The notes under the pieces were generated by a model. It was not told the origin of the DNA and did no database searches. It saw nothing but the letters and a program-made list of their open reading frames with translations. The position numbers and the translations under genes are program-made. From an uncultured Candidatus Saccharibacteria bacterium (GTDB taxonomy: Bacteria > Patescibacteriota > Minisyncoccia > Minisyncoccales > CAYZYK01), in assembly GCA_964482615.1 (NCBI GenBank), contig CAYZYK010000001.1, positions 2,144 to 66,143 of the forward strand: a stretch of DNA of 64,000 bases, in the 5' to 3' direction. Shown piece by piece: positions 35,569-48,158 of the stretch (within the stretch, counting starts at the first letter, position 1; every line of letters begins with the position of its first letter).

Positions 35569-35982
35569 ATGGCTATTGTATTTATATCTCCTAAAAGATC
35601 ACAGACGGTGCTGATTTCTGCCATTATTGGAATAGTATCTTTGGGTCTTATTATCATTCTTCTTGTTGTTTTTTTAAGTAAGCCCCAGTCCATAGCACCA
35701 GAGAGAGTTTTCAAACCAAAAGAAGTTAAGATTAATTTTGATATTCTAAAATCACAGCGATTAAAGGAACTTTCTCTTTTTCCTACAGAAATAAAGAAAG
35801 AATTTAATTATATAGCAGAAACAGAAGACGGAATAGACCGATCTGGAAAAATTTTAGCCGTTTCAGAAAGCGAAGCTGAAATATTATTAGAAGAGACGGG
35901 ACTTGAGAATATTGAGATTAAGAAAACAGAAATCGGCAGAAAAAATCCTTTTGTTCCTCCTCAAATAGCAACAGAAGAATAA
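35569..35982 (+). CDS. Small membrane-anchored pilus-locus protein (PilP-like?)
   Basis: 137 aa; one TM. C-terminal GRKNPFVPP resembles the conserved proline/NPF region of PilP. Weak assignment. Confidence 0.35.
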   Translation: MAIVFISPKRSQTVLISAIIGIVSLGLIIILLVVFLSKPQSIAPERVFKPKEVKINFDILKSQRLKELSLFPTEIKKEFNYIAETEDGIDRSGKILAVSESEAEILLEETGLENIEIKKTEIGRKNPFVPPQIATEE

Positions 35983-36021
35983 AACATTAAAAAAACTTTA
36001 AGAAAACCATAAATCTTCATT

Positions 36022-37746
36022 ATGGAGGGTTTGATTAAACAATTAACCAAAGAAGGAGTAATAGACAAATCAAAAGCCAAGGATTTGCAGCTAGAGAAAA
36101 AAAGAACCGGGAAGAAAGAAGAAGATATAATTTTAGAAAAAAATATTGTTCCCGAGGACTTTTTATTTAAGCTAAAGAGTAAACTTTTAAAAATTTCTCT
36201 GAAGGAAATTGTTCCAGAGGAAATACCCCTGGAAACTTTAAAATTAATCCCAGAAAGCTCTGCTTTAAGTTATAATATGATTCCTTTATCTGAGAAAGAC
36301 GATACGGTAGAGATAGGAATGGTTTATCCAGAAGATACTCGTTCAAAAGAAGCTCTTCGATTTATAGCAAGACAGGGTAAATTTGATTACAAAGTTTACT
36401 TAATTAGTCAAAAGAATTTTGAAGAACTTTTAAAACAATACAGAACTTTAAAAAGAGAAGCTAAAACGGCTCTGGAGGCTTTGGAAGAAGAAGAAATAGG
36501 CGTTCCACCAAGAAGAGAAGAACTGCCCGACATGGAAAGGGTGGCTAAGGACGCTCCAATTGTTAAAATGACTTCTGTTGTTTTAAAACACGCTGTTGAA
36601 GGTAAGGCTTCTGATATTCACATCGAGCCCACCAGAGAAAAGCTTAAAATTAGATTCAGGCTAAATGGTATTCTGTACTCAAGCTTGTTTCTGCCCACCA
36701 GGGTTCATTCAGCTATTGTGGCTAGAATCAAAATTTTAGCCAAGTTAAAAATTGATGAAACTAGAATTCCTCAAGATGGCAGATTTTCTACAGAAATTAA
36801 TGGGAAAAAAATTGATTTTCGCGTTTCGACCTTCCCTACTGTTTTGGGTGAGAAGGTGGCAATAAGGGTTCTTGATCCCACGGAAGGTCTTAAATCTTAC
36901 AAAGAACTAGGGCTCTCTGAAAGAAACATTGAATTAGTTGAAAAAGCAGCTAAAGATCCCTTTGGTTTAATTTTAGCCACAGGACCAACAGGATCTGGAA
37001 AAACAACAACTCTTTACGCCATAATGAGATTTTTGAACAAAGATAAAGTTAACATTGTAACCCTTGAAGACCCAGTTGAATATTCTATTAAGGGTGTAAA
37101 CCAATCTCAAGTTAAGCCCGAAATTAATTATACTTTTGCTAGGGGGCTGAGACATATTTTAAGACAAGATCCGGACATCATTATGGTTGGTGAAATCAGA
37201 GACGAAGAAACAGCAGCCTTGGCAATTCACGCTGCCTTAACCGGACATCTTGTTTTATCAACCTTACACACTAACAACGCTACCGGAGTTATTCCCAGAT
37301 TAATTGATATGGGCATAAAACCATTTCTTCTTTCTCCCACTTTAAATATTGCTATTTCCCAGAGATTAATAAGGGCTCTTTGTCCTTATTGTAAAAAGAA
37401 AGTTAAAGCAGACAAAAAAATTAAAAAATACATATTAGAACAAATTGAAAAACTTCCTTCAAAAGCTAAGAAAGAAATAGATACCTCCAAAACTATTTAT
37501 GTATACAGAGCAGAAGGTTGTGATAAATGCAACTTCAAAGGTTACACTGGAAGAACTGGGATTTTTGAGGTTTTGGAAATGACAGACCAGTTATCTGGTG
37601 CTATCTCAGAGAAAATATCTCCAGAGCAAATACGAAAAAAAGCTTTAGAACATGGAATGATAACTATGGCTCAAGATGGTGTTTTGAAAGCCCTCAAAGG
37701 AGTAACTACAGTTGAGGAGGTAATGAAATCAACTCAAATAAGATAA
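36022..37746 (+). CDS. pilB: Type IV pilus assembly (extension) ATPase PilB/GspE
   Basis: 574 aa; N-terminal GSPII_E_N-like region, Walker A GPTGSGKTTTLYA, Asp box, Walker B IIMVGEIRDEETA, His box, tetracysteine CPYC...CDKC. Confidence 0.85.
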   Translation: MEGLIKQLTKEGVIDKSKAKDLQLEKKRTGKKEEDIILEKNIVPEDFLFKLKSKLLKISLKEIVPEEIPLETLKLIPESSALSYNMIPLSEKDDTVEIGMVYPEDTRSKEALRFIARQGKFDYKVYLISQKNFEELLKQYRTLKREAKTALEALEEEEIGVPPRREELPDMERVAKDAPIVKMTSVVLKHAVEGKASDIHIEPTREKLKIRFRLNGILYSSLFLPTRVHSAIVARIKILAKLKIDETRIPQDGRFSTEINGKKIDFRVSTFPTVLGEKVAIRVLDPTEGLKSYKELGLSERNIELVEKAAKDPFGLILATGPTGSGKTTTLYAIMRFLNKDKVNIVTLEDPVEYSIKGVNQSQVKPEINYTFARGLRHILRQDPDIIMVGEIRDEETAALAIHAALTGHLVLSTLHTNNATGVIPRLIDMGIKPFLLSPTLNIAISQRLIRALCPYCKKKVKADKKIKKYILEQIEKLPSKAKKEIDTSKTIYVYRAEGCDKCNFKGYTGRTGIFEVLEMTDQLSGAISEKISPEQIRKKALEHGMITMAQDGVLKALKGVTTVEEVMKSTQIR

Positions 37747-37842
37747 TTTCTCAAGTTAATTTATTTTGTAAAGGTCAGAAAAATTTAAAATTCTTTTCCT
37801 GAATATAATTAGTTTAAAAATTAATTCCTACAATCTAATATT

Positions 37843-38208
37843 ATGAAATCAATTTTATTAGTTGAAGATGACCCCTTTTTAGTGGATATCTATGTCACTA
37901 GATTAAAAGAAGAGGAGTATGAAATAAGGGTGGCAGAAAACGGAGAAAAAGCTTTAAAAGAGTTAAAAAAGAAAAAACCAGACCTTCTTCTATTAGATAT
38001 TGTTTTGCCTAAAATGGATGGTTGGCAACTATTGGAAAAGATGACAGAAGATAATAAACTCAAGAAAGTAAAGGTAGTTATTCTTTCTAATTTGGGAGAA
38101 AAAGATGAAATTAAAAAAGGCTTTGATTTGGGGATAGTAGAATATTTAGTTAAAGCAAACTATACTCCAACTGAAGTAGTTGAGGAAGTAAAAAAGATAC
38201 TCAAATAA
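37843..38208 (+). CDS. Single-domain CheY-like response-regulator receiver embedded in the pilus locus
   Basis: 121 aa; LLVEDDPFL, phosphoacceptor DLLLLDIVLPKMDG, and conserved K in the last beta-alpha unit (VVILSNLGEKDEIKKG). Confidence 0.8.
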   Translation: MKSILLVEDDPFLVDIYVTRLKEEEYEIRVAENGEKALKELKKKKPDLLLLDIVLPKMDGWQLLEKMTEDNKLKKVKVVILSNLGEKDEIKKGFDLGIVEYLVKANYTPTEVVEEVKKILK

Positions 38209-38257
38209 ATCTGATTGTGTTCTTAAACTCATAACTGAAATTTAGTTTAAACAATAC

Positions 38258-39322
38258 ATGAACTATTCTATAAAACTTAAAAACCTTTTATCTCAGGTTT
38301 TCAGAGAAAAAGCATCTGATTTACATATTTCGGTAGGTCATCCTCCAACCTTAAGGATAACCGGAAGATTAACTCCCCTGATAAAAGAAAAAGAGATTAC
38401 CCAAAAAGATGCTCAAGGTTTGGCTATCGCCTTGATGACCGATTTTCAATGGAAAAGATTCCAAGAAGACAAAGAAATTGATTTTTCTTATGGTTTTGAG
38501 CAAAAAGCAAGGTTTCGAGTTAATATTTTTTACCAAAGAGGAAATATTAGCATTGTTTTAAGGCTTATTCCTTTTAAAATAAAAAGCATTGAAGAATTAA
38601 ATCTTCCTCCGGTTTTACATGAATTTACCAGAAGACCCCAAGGGCTTGTTTTAATAACCGGCGCCTCAAGTCAAGGAAAATCCACCACTTTAGCAGCTTT
38701 GGTTGAAGAAATAAATGAAACCAAACCAGTTCATATAATAACGATTGAGGATCCCATAGAATATGTTTTTCGCGACAAACAAGCTATTGTTGATCAAAGA
38801 GAGGTCTATCATGATACTGCAAGTTTTAATAAGGCCTTAAGATCTACCTTCCGTCAAGACCCTGATGTAATTATGGTAGGGGAGATGAGGGATTTGGAAA
38901 CAATCTCAGGCGTTATTACAGCAGCAGAAACAGGTCATTTAGTTTTTGCTACTTTACACACTAATTCAGCCTCTCAAACTATTCACCGCGTTGTTGATGT
39001 TTTTCCCCCAGAGCAACAAAACCAGATAAGATATCAATTATCTGGATCACTGCTTGGGGTAGTTTCTCAAAGATTAATTCCCTCAATTGAGGGTGGTTTT
39101 GTTCCAGCTTGTGAAATAATGTTTGCCACCTCAGCCGTTGAAACGTTAATTAGAGAAAATAAGGTTCATGAAATACCAGCGGTTATTGAAACCTCTGCTA
39201 AAGAAGGAATGGTTTCTTTAAACAGAGCTTTGGCTGATTTGGTGAGAAAGAAAAAAATATCCGTAAAAAACGCTGTTAGATATTCTCTGAGGCCAGTCGA
39301 ATTAAGAAACATATTGGGTTAA
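38258..39322 (+). CDS. pilT: Twitching-motility / pilus retraction ATPase PilT
   Basis: 354 aa; ASDLHISVGHPPTLRITG, Walker A GASSQGKSTTLAA, Walker B VIMVGEMRD, AIRE-like motif. Confidence 0.85.
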   Translation: MNYSIKLKNLLSQVFREKASDLHISVGHPPTLRITGRLTPLIKEKEITQKDAQGLAIALMTDFQWKRFQEDKEIDFSYGFEQKARFRVNIFYQRGNISIVLRLIPFKIKSIEELNLPPVLHEFTRRPQGLVLITGASSQGKSTTLAALVEEINETKPVHIITIEDPIEYVFRDKQAIVDQREVYHDTASFNKALRSTFRQDPDVIMVGEMRDLETISGVITAAETGHLVFATLHTNSASQTIHRVVDVFPPEQQNQIRYQLSGSLLGVVSQRLIPSIEGGFVPACEIMFATSAVETLIRENKVHEIPAVIETSAKEGMVSLNRALADLVRKKKISVKNAVRYSLRPVELRNILG

Positions 39323-39327
39323 AGTTT

Positions 39328-40542
39328 ATGAAATTTTCTTATCAAGCAAGAGACAAAGAAGGAACATTAAAAACAGGCAAAATAGAAGCTTCCTCGGGGG
39401 AGGCAGCAACTGAGGTTCTGAGGAAAAGAGGGCTTTTTATTACTTCATTAAGGAAGGAAAGAAGCTCTTTTCTTTCTTTTGAAAAGATAAAATCAAAAAT
39501 ATTCAAAGGTGTTTCTTCAAAAGAAGTTGCTATATTCTCTCACCAATTGGGAGTGATGCTCGATTCTCGAGTTCCTATTGTTCAGAGCCTTTTGACTTTG
39601 AGCTCTCAAATGTCCAATACAAACTTTAAAGAAAAAGTATTGAAGATCAGTGAAGCAGTTGAAGGTGGAAGTTCTTTGTCCGATGCTTTTTCTGTTTACC
39701 CTGAAATTTTTGATAATTTCTATATTAGTTTACTTGAGTCAGGGGAAGCCGCAGGAAAGATTTCAGAATCATTACATTATCTGGGAGATCATCTGGAAAG
39801 GGAATACAATATTAAGAGCGATATTAAAAAAGCGATGCTCTATCCTGTTTTAGTTTTAATTGTTTTTTTGGTAGCTATCACAGTTATAGTTTTCTTCGTT
39901 ATTCCTCCTTTCAGTGAAATATTACAAGAAGCCGGGGGAGAGATTCCCCTTATTACCAGATTAATGTTTGGTTTTTATGAATTTCTAAAAAATTTCGGCT
40001 GGGTTTTAATTTTAGCTTTTGGGGGGTTGATTGTTTTTTTGATTTATTATCTGAAGACCGAAAAAGGAAGAAAAATTTACGATAAAATTATTATCAACCT
40101 TCCTTTTTTAGGTAATTTTTTCCAAAAAATATTTATGACTCGTTTTGCCGAGAATCTTTCAAGCTTAATTAAGGCTGGAATTCCCATAACCCAGGCCCTG
40201 AGAATAAACAAAAAGATAATAGGAAATTTCGTTTATCAAGAGATTTTGAAAGAAACAGAAAAGAGGGTAGCCCAAGGAGAGCAAATAAGCTATGTTTTGG
40301 TAAAATATCCTGAGGTTATTCCATCTTTTGTGACCCAAATGGTAAAAGTTGGAGAAAAAACAGGTAGATTAGAAAGTTCTTTGTCTGAAGTAGTAAAATT
40401 TTACCAAAAAGAGATACAAAGAAGCACAGAAACTTTTATGACTTTAATCGAACCCATATTAATAATTTTCTTGGGTGGTATTGTTGCTCTTCTGGCAGTT
40501 TCTGTTTTCGGGCCCCTTTATGGTATGATCGGTGGTTTTTAA
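39328..40542 (+). CDS. pilC: Type IV pilus platform protein PilC/GspF
   Basis: 404 aa; two GspF repeats each followed by TM helices. Typical PilC motifs (LSSLIKAGIPITQAL, VGEKTGRLESSL). Confidence 0.85.
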   Translation: MKFSYQARDKEGTLKTGKIEASSGEAATEVLRKRGLFITSLRKERSSFLSFEKIKSKIFKGVSSKEVAIFSHQLGVMLDSRVPIVQSLLTLSSQMSNTNFKEKVLKISEAVEGGSSLSDAFSVYPEIFDNFYISLLESGEAAGKISESLHYLGDHLEREYNIKSDIKKAMLYPVLVLIVFLVAITVIVFFVIPPFSEILQEAGGEIPLITRLMFGFYEFLKNFGWVLILAFGGLIVFLIYYLKTEKGRKIYDKIIINLPFLGNFFQKIFMTRFAENLSSLIKAGIPITQALRINKKIIGNFVYQEILKETEKRVAQGEQISYVLVKYPEVIPSFVTQMVKVGEKTGRLESSLSEVVKFYQKEIQRSTETFMTLIEPILIIFLGGIVALLAVSVFGPLYGMIGGF

Positions 40543-40545
40543 TTA

Positions 40546-40580
40546 TTCACATTGATTGCTTGATTTACTTGTAGTATAAT
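40546..40580 (+). promoter_or_regulatory. Near-consensus sigma70 promoter (TTGATT-17-TATAAT) for the major pilin gene
   Basis: -35 at 40552-40557, -10 TATAAT at 40575-40580, ~50 nt upstream of the pilin ATG. Confidence 0.4.
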
Positions 40581-40632
40581 TTAATAAATAAAGTATAAAT
40601 TTAAAGGTCGGCTATAAAATCTGTAAAATTAA

Positions 40633-41139
40633 ATGAAAATGAAAATTTTTGAGAAAAAGTCTAGAGGTTTTACTTTAATTGAACTTTTGGTGGTTATCGC
40701 AATCATTGGTATTTTAGCAGGTATTGTTTTGGTTAATGTCAGAAGCGCAAGGAACAAAGCAAAAGATGGTGCTATCAAGGCCGATATGTCTGGTTTAGCA
40801 CCAACAGCTGAGATATTTTATGACACTGCTGGAACCTACACGGGTTTTTGTTCTGATACAGAAGAACAAAGAATTGAAGGAGCAATAGCTGAATTAGTTC
40901 CCGGTGGTTCTTCTGGCGATACTTGTGCAACTACTGGGGTTGATTGTCACTGTTGGGTTGATGGTGAAACCATGGTAACTTCTGACACCGGTGAAGCTTG
41001 GTACTTTTGTGCAAGAATGAACAGTGCTGATTATTGGTGTACTGATAATACCGGAAGAGCTCTGAAGACAACAAGTTGTCCTTCTGCTCCCGCAGATAAC
41101 AATTCAGACGGTCAATTAGACTGCAGAGACCTGTTATAA
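40633..41139 (+). CDS. pilA: Type IVa major pilin (class III signal peptide, N-methyl-Phe type) with cysteine-rich C-terminal domain
   Basis: 168 aa; KSRG|FTLIELLVVIAIIGILAGIV prepilin cleavage/methylation motif with Glu+5. Eight Cys in the C-terminal 100 aa. Confidence 0.85.
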   Translation: MKMKIFEKKSRGFTLIELLVVIAIIGILAGIVLVNVRSARNKAKDGAIKADMSGLAPTAEIFYDTAGTYTGFCSDTEEQRIEGAIAELVPGGSSGDTCATTGVDCHCWVDGETMVTSDTGEAWYFCARMNSADYWCTDNTGRALKTTSCPSAPADNNSDGQLDCRDLL

Positions 41140-41221
41140 TTTTGAATTAGAAAATATTATATCCAAAACCCTGCCTGGGGCGGGGTTTTGTTTTAAGAGA
41201 AAAATATATTAGAATAGAAAA

Positions 41222-42040
41222 ATGATAGTTATTTTTTTAACAATCTTTACGTTTATCTTCGGGCTTTTTGTGGGGAGTTTTTTAAATTGTGTAGTTTACA
41301 GATTACCAAGAAAGGAATCTTCTCTAAAGGGAAGATCAAAATGTCCCGAATGTGGTCATAAATTGGACTGGCATGATTTAATTCCTGTTTTAAGTTTTTT
41401 GATTCAAAGGGGGAGATGTGGGTATTGTAAAAAAAAGATTTCCCTTCAGCACCCCTTAGTTGAGCTTATTACTGGATTGTTGTTTGTTCTAATTTTAAGA
41501 TTTTCTTTTTTTACCCTTGGTTTTTGGGGAAAAGAATTATTGATTTTTCAGAATATTATACATTTTTTCTATCTTTTAATAATCTTCTCTTTTTTAATAA
41601 TAATTTTTATTTCTGATCTTAAAAGGTTTATTATTCCAGATAGAATTATATTCCCCGCTATTTTATTAACTTTTGTTTTTCACCTTTATCTTTCTTTTTT
41701 AAGAGGAGATTTCACTGCCCTTAAAGAAAGACTATTAAGCTCTATTTTAGTGAGCTTGTTTTTTTTAATCTTATTCCTTTTCTCTCGGGGGAAATGGATA
41801 GGATTTGGGGATGTAAAATTTAGTTTCTTTATGGGGGGTTTTTTGGGGTTTCCCGGTGTTTTGGTTGCTTTGTTTTTGAGTTTCCTTATTGGTGGTATAA
41901 TAGGATTGGGACTGATTTTATCTGGTAAAGCTGGTCTGAGAACTGAGATTCCTTTCGGTCCCTTTTTAATAACAGGTACTTTTATGGCTTTTTTTGAAGG
42001 GCAAAGCTTTATTAATTGGTATTTTTCTTTAATCTTTTAA
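41222..42040 (+). CDS. pilD: Prepilin peptidase PilD (A24 family) with N-terminal zinc-binding CxxC...CxxC
   Basis: 272 aa; CPECGHKL...CGYCKK, polytopic, catalytic Asp-containing helices (FISDLKRFIIPD, GFGDVKF). Confidence 0.8.
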   Translation: MIVIFLTIFTFIFGLFVGSFLNCVVYRLPRKESSLKGRSKCPECGHKLDWHDLIPVLSFLIQRGRCGYCKKKISLQHPLVELITGLLFVLILRFSFFTLGFWGKELLIFQNIIHFFYLLIIFSFLIIIFISDLKRFIIPDRIIFPAILLTFVFHLYLSFLRGDFTALKERLLSSILVSLFFLILFLFSRGKWIGFGDVKFSFFMGGFLGFPGVLVALFLSFLIGGIIGLGLILSGKAGLRTEIPFGPFLITGTFMAFFEGQSFINWYFSLIF

Positions 42041-42044
42041 TTCT

Positions 42045-42644
42045 GTGTTTACAAAAAACAAAGGATTCACTTTAGTTGAAGTTATAGTTGTTATCTCTGT
42101 GGTTATCATAATCTCTACAATTTTAATTGCTAATTTTCCAAAGTTCAGGGAGCAAAAGAAACTTCAAATGTCAAGCCATAGATTAATTCAGGATTTAAGA
42201 AGGATTCAAGAAAGGGCTCTTTCACCCTCAGGGGACAAAGAGAAGATTTGTGGTAATACAGCATCAGTAGAGGAGATAGAAGGTTTAGTAGTAGGAGCTT
42301 TTTTTGACGAACAGAATCCTGATTTTTATAGATTATTTGTGGATTGTGATGAAAATTATATCTACAGTTCTCCCGATAAAGAACTTTCCCCAATAGGTCT
42401 TGAAAAAAAAGTAAAGATTAAAAACTTATCTCCTCCCAATCTTAACGGTAATCTACATATTGTATTTGTTCCTCCTAACCCCCAACTTTTTATTAACGGC
42501 TCTCCAGCAGACTCAGTCTTAGCTCCTGGGGTGAATGTTAGGATTGAAATTTGTTTAGATAATGGCTGTTTAGAAGACAGCTCAGATTCATTAAAAACAA
42601 GAACCATTGAAATTAACAAAAGCGGTTTGGTGGAGCTAAAATAA
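42045..42644 (+). CDS. Minor pilin / pseudopilin (GspH/FimT-like)
   Basis: 199 aa; KG|FTLVEVIVVISVVIIISTIL class III signal. Confidence 0.65.
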   Translation: MFTKNKGFTLVEVIVVISVVIIISTILIANFPKFREQKKLQMSSHRLIQDLRRIQERALSPSGDKEKICGNTASVEEIEGLVVGAFFDEQNPDFYRLFVDCDENYIYSSPDKELSPIGLEKKVKIKNLSPPNLNGNLHIVFVPPNPQLFINGSPADSVLAPGVNVRIEICLDNGCLEDSSDSLKTRTIEINKSGLVELK

Positions 42645-42663
42645 TTTAGATTAATTTATACTT

Positions 42664-43179
42664 ATGATTTCATCTTTTTCCAAAAAAGGATTTACTCTTC
42701 CTGAGGTTATAATAGCTGCTAGTATTTTATTGGCTGGTATTGTTGTTTTTTCGATTGTTTTCACAAGAATTGTCTCTTTGCTTCCCCTTATTTCTTTTAA
42801 ATTTACAGCTGCATATCTAGCCCAAGAAGGGGTTGAAATAGTAAGAAACATTCGGGACACAAATTGGCTGGAAGGTGAGAGCTGGAAAAATGGACTTACT
42901 GTTTGTTCAGCAAGTGAGGGTAATTTCTGTGAAGTTGATTATGATGACACAGAACTAACACCCAAAGATCAATCTTCCCAACTATCCTATCTTGAAACCA
43001 CAGATGGTGCCTTTTTTGCTTATAATCAAGGGGTTACAGAAACGAGATTTAAAAGAAAAATTATTATTGAAGAAATAATAGGAAAAGAAGCTTTAGATGT
43101 TACTGTTTTCGTGGAATGGGAAGTGAAGGGTAAACCATACGAGATTCAAGTAAACGAACATTTATATAATTGGTTTTAA
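42664..43179 (+). CDS. Minor pilin (PilV/GspI-like)
   Basis: 171 aa; KG|FTLPEVIIAASILLAGIVVFS class III signal. Confidence 0.6.
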   Translation: MISSFSKKGFTLPEVIIAASILLAGIVVFSIVFTRIVSLLPLISFKFTAAYLAQEGVEIVRNIRDTNWLEGESWKNGLTVCSASEGNFCEVDYDDTELTPKDQSSQLSYLETTDGAFFAYNQGVTETRFKRKIIIEEIIGKEALDVTVFVEWEVKGKPYEIQVNEHLYNWF

Positions 43180-43196
43180 TAAAATAAATTAATTTT

Positions 43197-43745
43197 ATGA
43201 GGAATAAAGCTTTTACTGTAATTGAGTTATTGGTGGCTTTTATGATTTTTTCTTTAGTCATTGGTTCCTCCATATCTGCCTTTCTTTTAATTGTCCGTCA
43301 CCAGAGAAAAGTCCTACTTAAACAAGAAATTATAAACCAGACAAGTTATGCTACAGAATTTATGAGTAGGGCTCTGAGAATGGCAAAAAAAGATGATTTG
43401 GGAGAATGTTTGAGTCAGGGGGGATTGAATTATGAAAACACAGATGAAGAAGCTTTCAGAATAAGATTTATAAACCATCTTCAAGATGACGAATGTCAGG
43501 AGTTTTTTCTTGAAAACGGTCAACTGAAGCACAAAAGGAAAATTAGTTCTGGACAAGAGACCCTTGATTTAACTTCAGACAAGTTTCAGATCAGTTCACT
43601 TGAGTTCAATATTCTTGGAGAGTCAGAGCAAGATAATTTACAGCCCAGGGTGACCTTCCTCTTGGAGATTAAAGCGAAGGGGGCAGGAGATCAACCTGGC
43701 TTAAAAGTCCAAACTACAATCTCTCAAAGAAATTTAGATATTTGA
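43197..43745 (+). CDS. Minor pilin (PilW/GspJ-like)
   Basis: 182 aa; NKA|FTVIELLVAFMIFSLVIGS class III signal. Confidence 0.6.
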   Translation: MRNKAFTVIELLVAFMIFSLVIGSSISAFLLIVRHQRKVLLKQEIINQTSYATEFMSRALRMAKKDDLGECLSQGGLNYENTDEEAFRIRFINHLQDDECQEFFLENGQLKHKRKISSGQETLDLTSDKFQISSLEFNILGESEQDNLQPRVTFLLEIKAKGAGDQPGLKVQTTISQRNLDI

Positions 43746-43753
43746 AATAATTT

Positions 43754-44671
43754 ATGATGGGAAATAAACAAAAAGGGATTTCTATTTTTATTGCTATATC
43801 TTTAATATCTATAATCCTTATTATTGTTTTAGGGTTAGTTTTAATTTTAATAAGTGAAGTTAAGATAATAAGAGAAGTGGGAGAATCTGTGGTTGCTTTC
43901 TTTGCCGCAGATACAGGAATTGAAGAAACCTATTATCAAGACAGGAAACAGGGGCCTGGAGGCGAAGTGAGCGGTCTTTGTGCTAGTTGTGTTGATAATC
44001 CTGACTGGTGTTCTGGGATTGATTGTAATTCCCAAGCTTGTACAAACTGTAATATTGAGTTTCCTACTCGTTCTTTTGATGGAAAAGAATATGAGGTTAC
44101 GATTGATATTTCTTCCCAAAATAATTTTTTGGTAACTACTATTAAATCTTATGGAAAGTATAAAAAAGCAACCAGGGCGATTAGGTTAAGATACTTAAAG
44201 AGACTTCCTTATATTGATCCCGAAGAAGATCTTTTTAATCTCGGTTTGGAATGGAATTCTACAAGTTTTGATCATTATACTGAGATAGATGACAAGATAA
44301 GACAGCCAAACATTCTTTCTTCCGGTGACGGACTGAACGATTATATCTATACCGAAAACAGCGGCAGTAGCGACTATTTTGGAATGACAACAATAGATAT
44401 TAAGGGAGATTCCATAGACGAAGTTAGGGTTTGGGTTTATGGTGAAAAAGGACTCGATGGTGGAGATGCTACAATTGATATTTTTATGGGGGGAGCATGG
44501 CAGGGATCTCAATCTTTGGGCCTGACTGTTTCTCCTTCTTGGCATAGTGTTTCTTTTCCTGGAAACTGGAATCAAACAGACCTTGATAATTTAAAAGTAA
44601 AGATTACTAGGGTCGTAGAGGGGACAGCTCAGACTCGAGTTTATGCTATGTATGCTGAAATAAGTTATTGA
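43754..44671 (+). CDS. PilX-like minor pilin with large Cys-rich C-terminal domain (candidate tip-associated protein)
   Basis: 305 aa; N-terminus MMGNKQKGISIFIAISLISIILIIVLGLVLILISE resembles the PilX N-terminal domain. C-terminus has CASCVDNPDWCSGIDCNSQACTNCN. Confidence 0.5.
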   Translation: MMGNKQKGISIFIAISLISIILIIVLGLVLILISEVKIIREVGESVVAFFAADTGIEETYYQDRKQGPGGEVSGLCASCVDNPDWCSGIDCNSQACTNCNIEFPTRSFDGKEYEVTIDISSQNNFLVTTIKSYGKYKKATRAIRLRYLKRLPYIDPEEDLFNLGLEWNSTSFDHYTEIDDKIRQPNILSSGDGLNDYIYTENSGSSDYFGMTTIDIKGDSIDEVRVWVYGEKGLDGGDATIDIFMGGAWQGSQSLGLTVSPSWHSVSFPGNWNQTDLDNLKVKITRVVEGTAQTRVYAMYAEISY

Positions 44672-44678
44672 TTTTTAA

Positions 44679-47836
<3,158 letters not shown>

Positions 47837-47869
47837 TAAGACAAAAAATGATTTTAGGTTAATTTGGGC

Positions 47870-47897
47870 TTGACAAAACTTTTAAAAAGAATATAAT
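47870..47897 (+). promoter_or_regulatory. Consensus-like promoter (TTGACA-16-TATAAT) about 260 nt upstream of rpoB
   Basis: -35 at 47870-47875, -10 at 47892-47897. Followed by a small hairpin AAATGCT-GAAA-AGCATTT at about 47934-47952. Confidence 0.35.
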
Positions 47898-48158
47898 AAG
47901 AGGGAATTCTCAAAATAATATAAACTAGACAAAAATGCTGAAAAGCATTTTAATTTTAAGTTAAATTAAAATCCCAAATATCCCTCCTTTTTCTCAAACT
48001 TTAGATTTATACTATAATTTCCCGCCATCTTCTTTTAGCTCCTAAATATTTTCCTTGATTTCCAGATTATCAAAAGCATTATAAATAGAAAGCGGGGGGA
48101 TAACCCTAATAAACAAACTTAGGGTTTTTGTGCTTTTTATTCTCTTTTTAATATTGTT

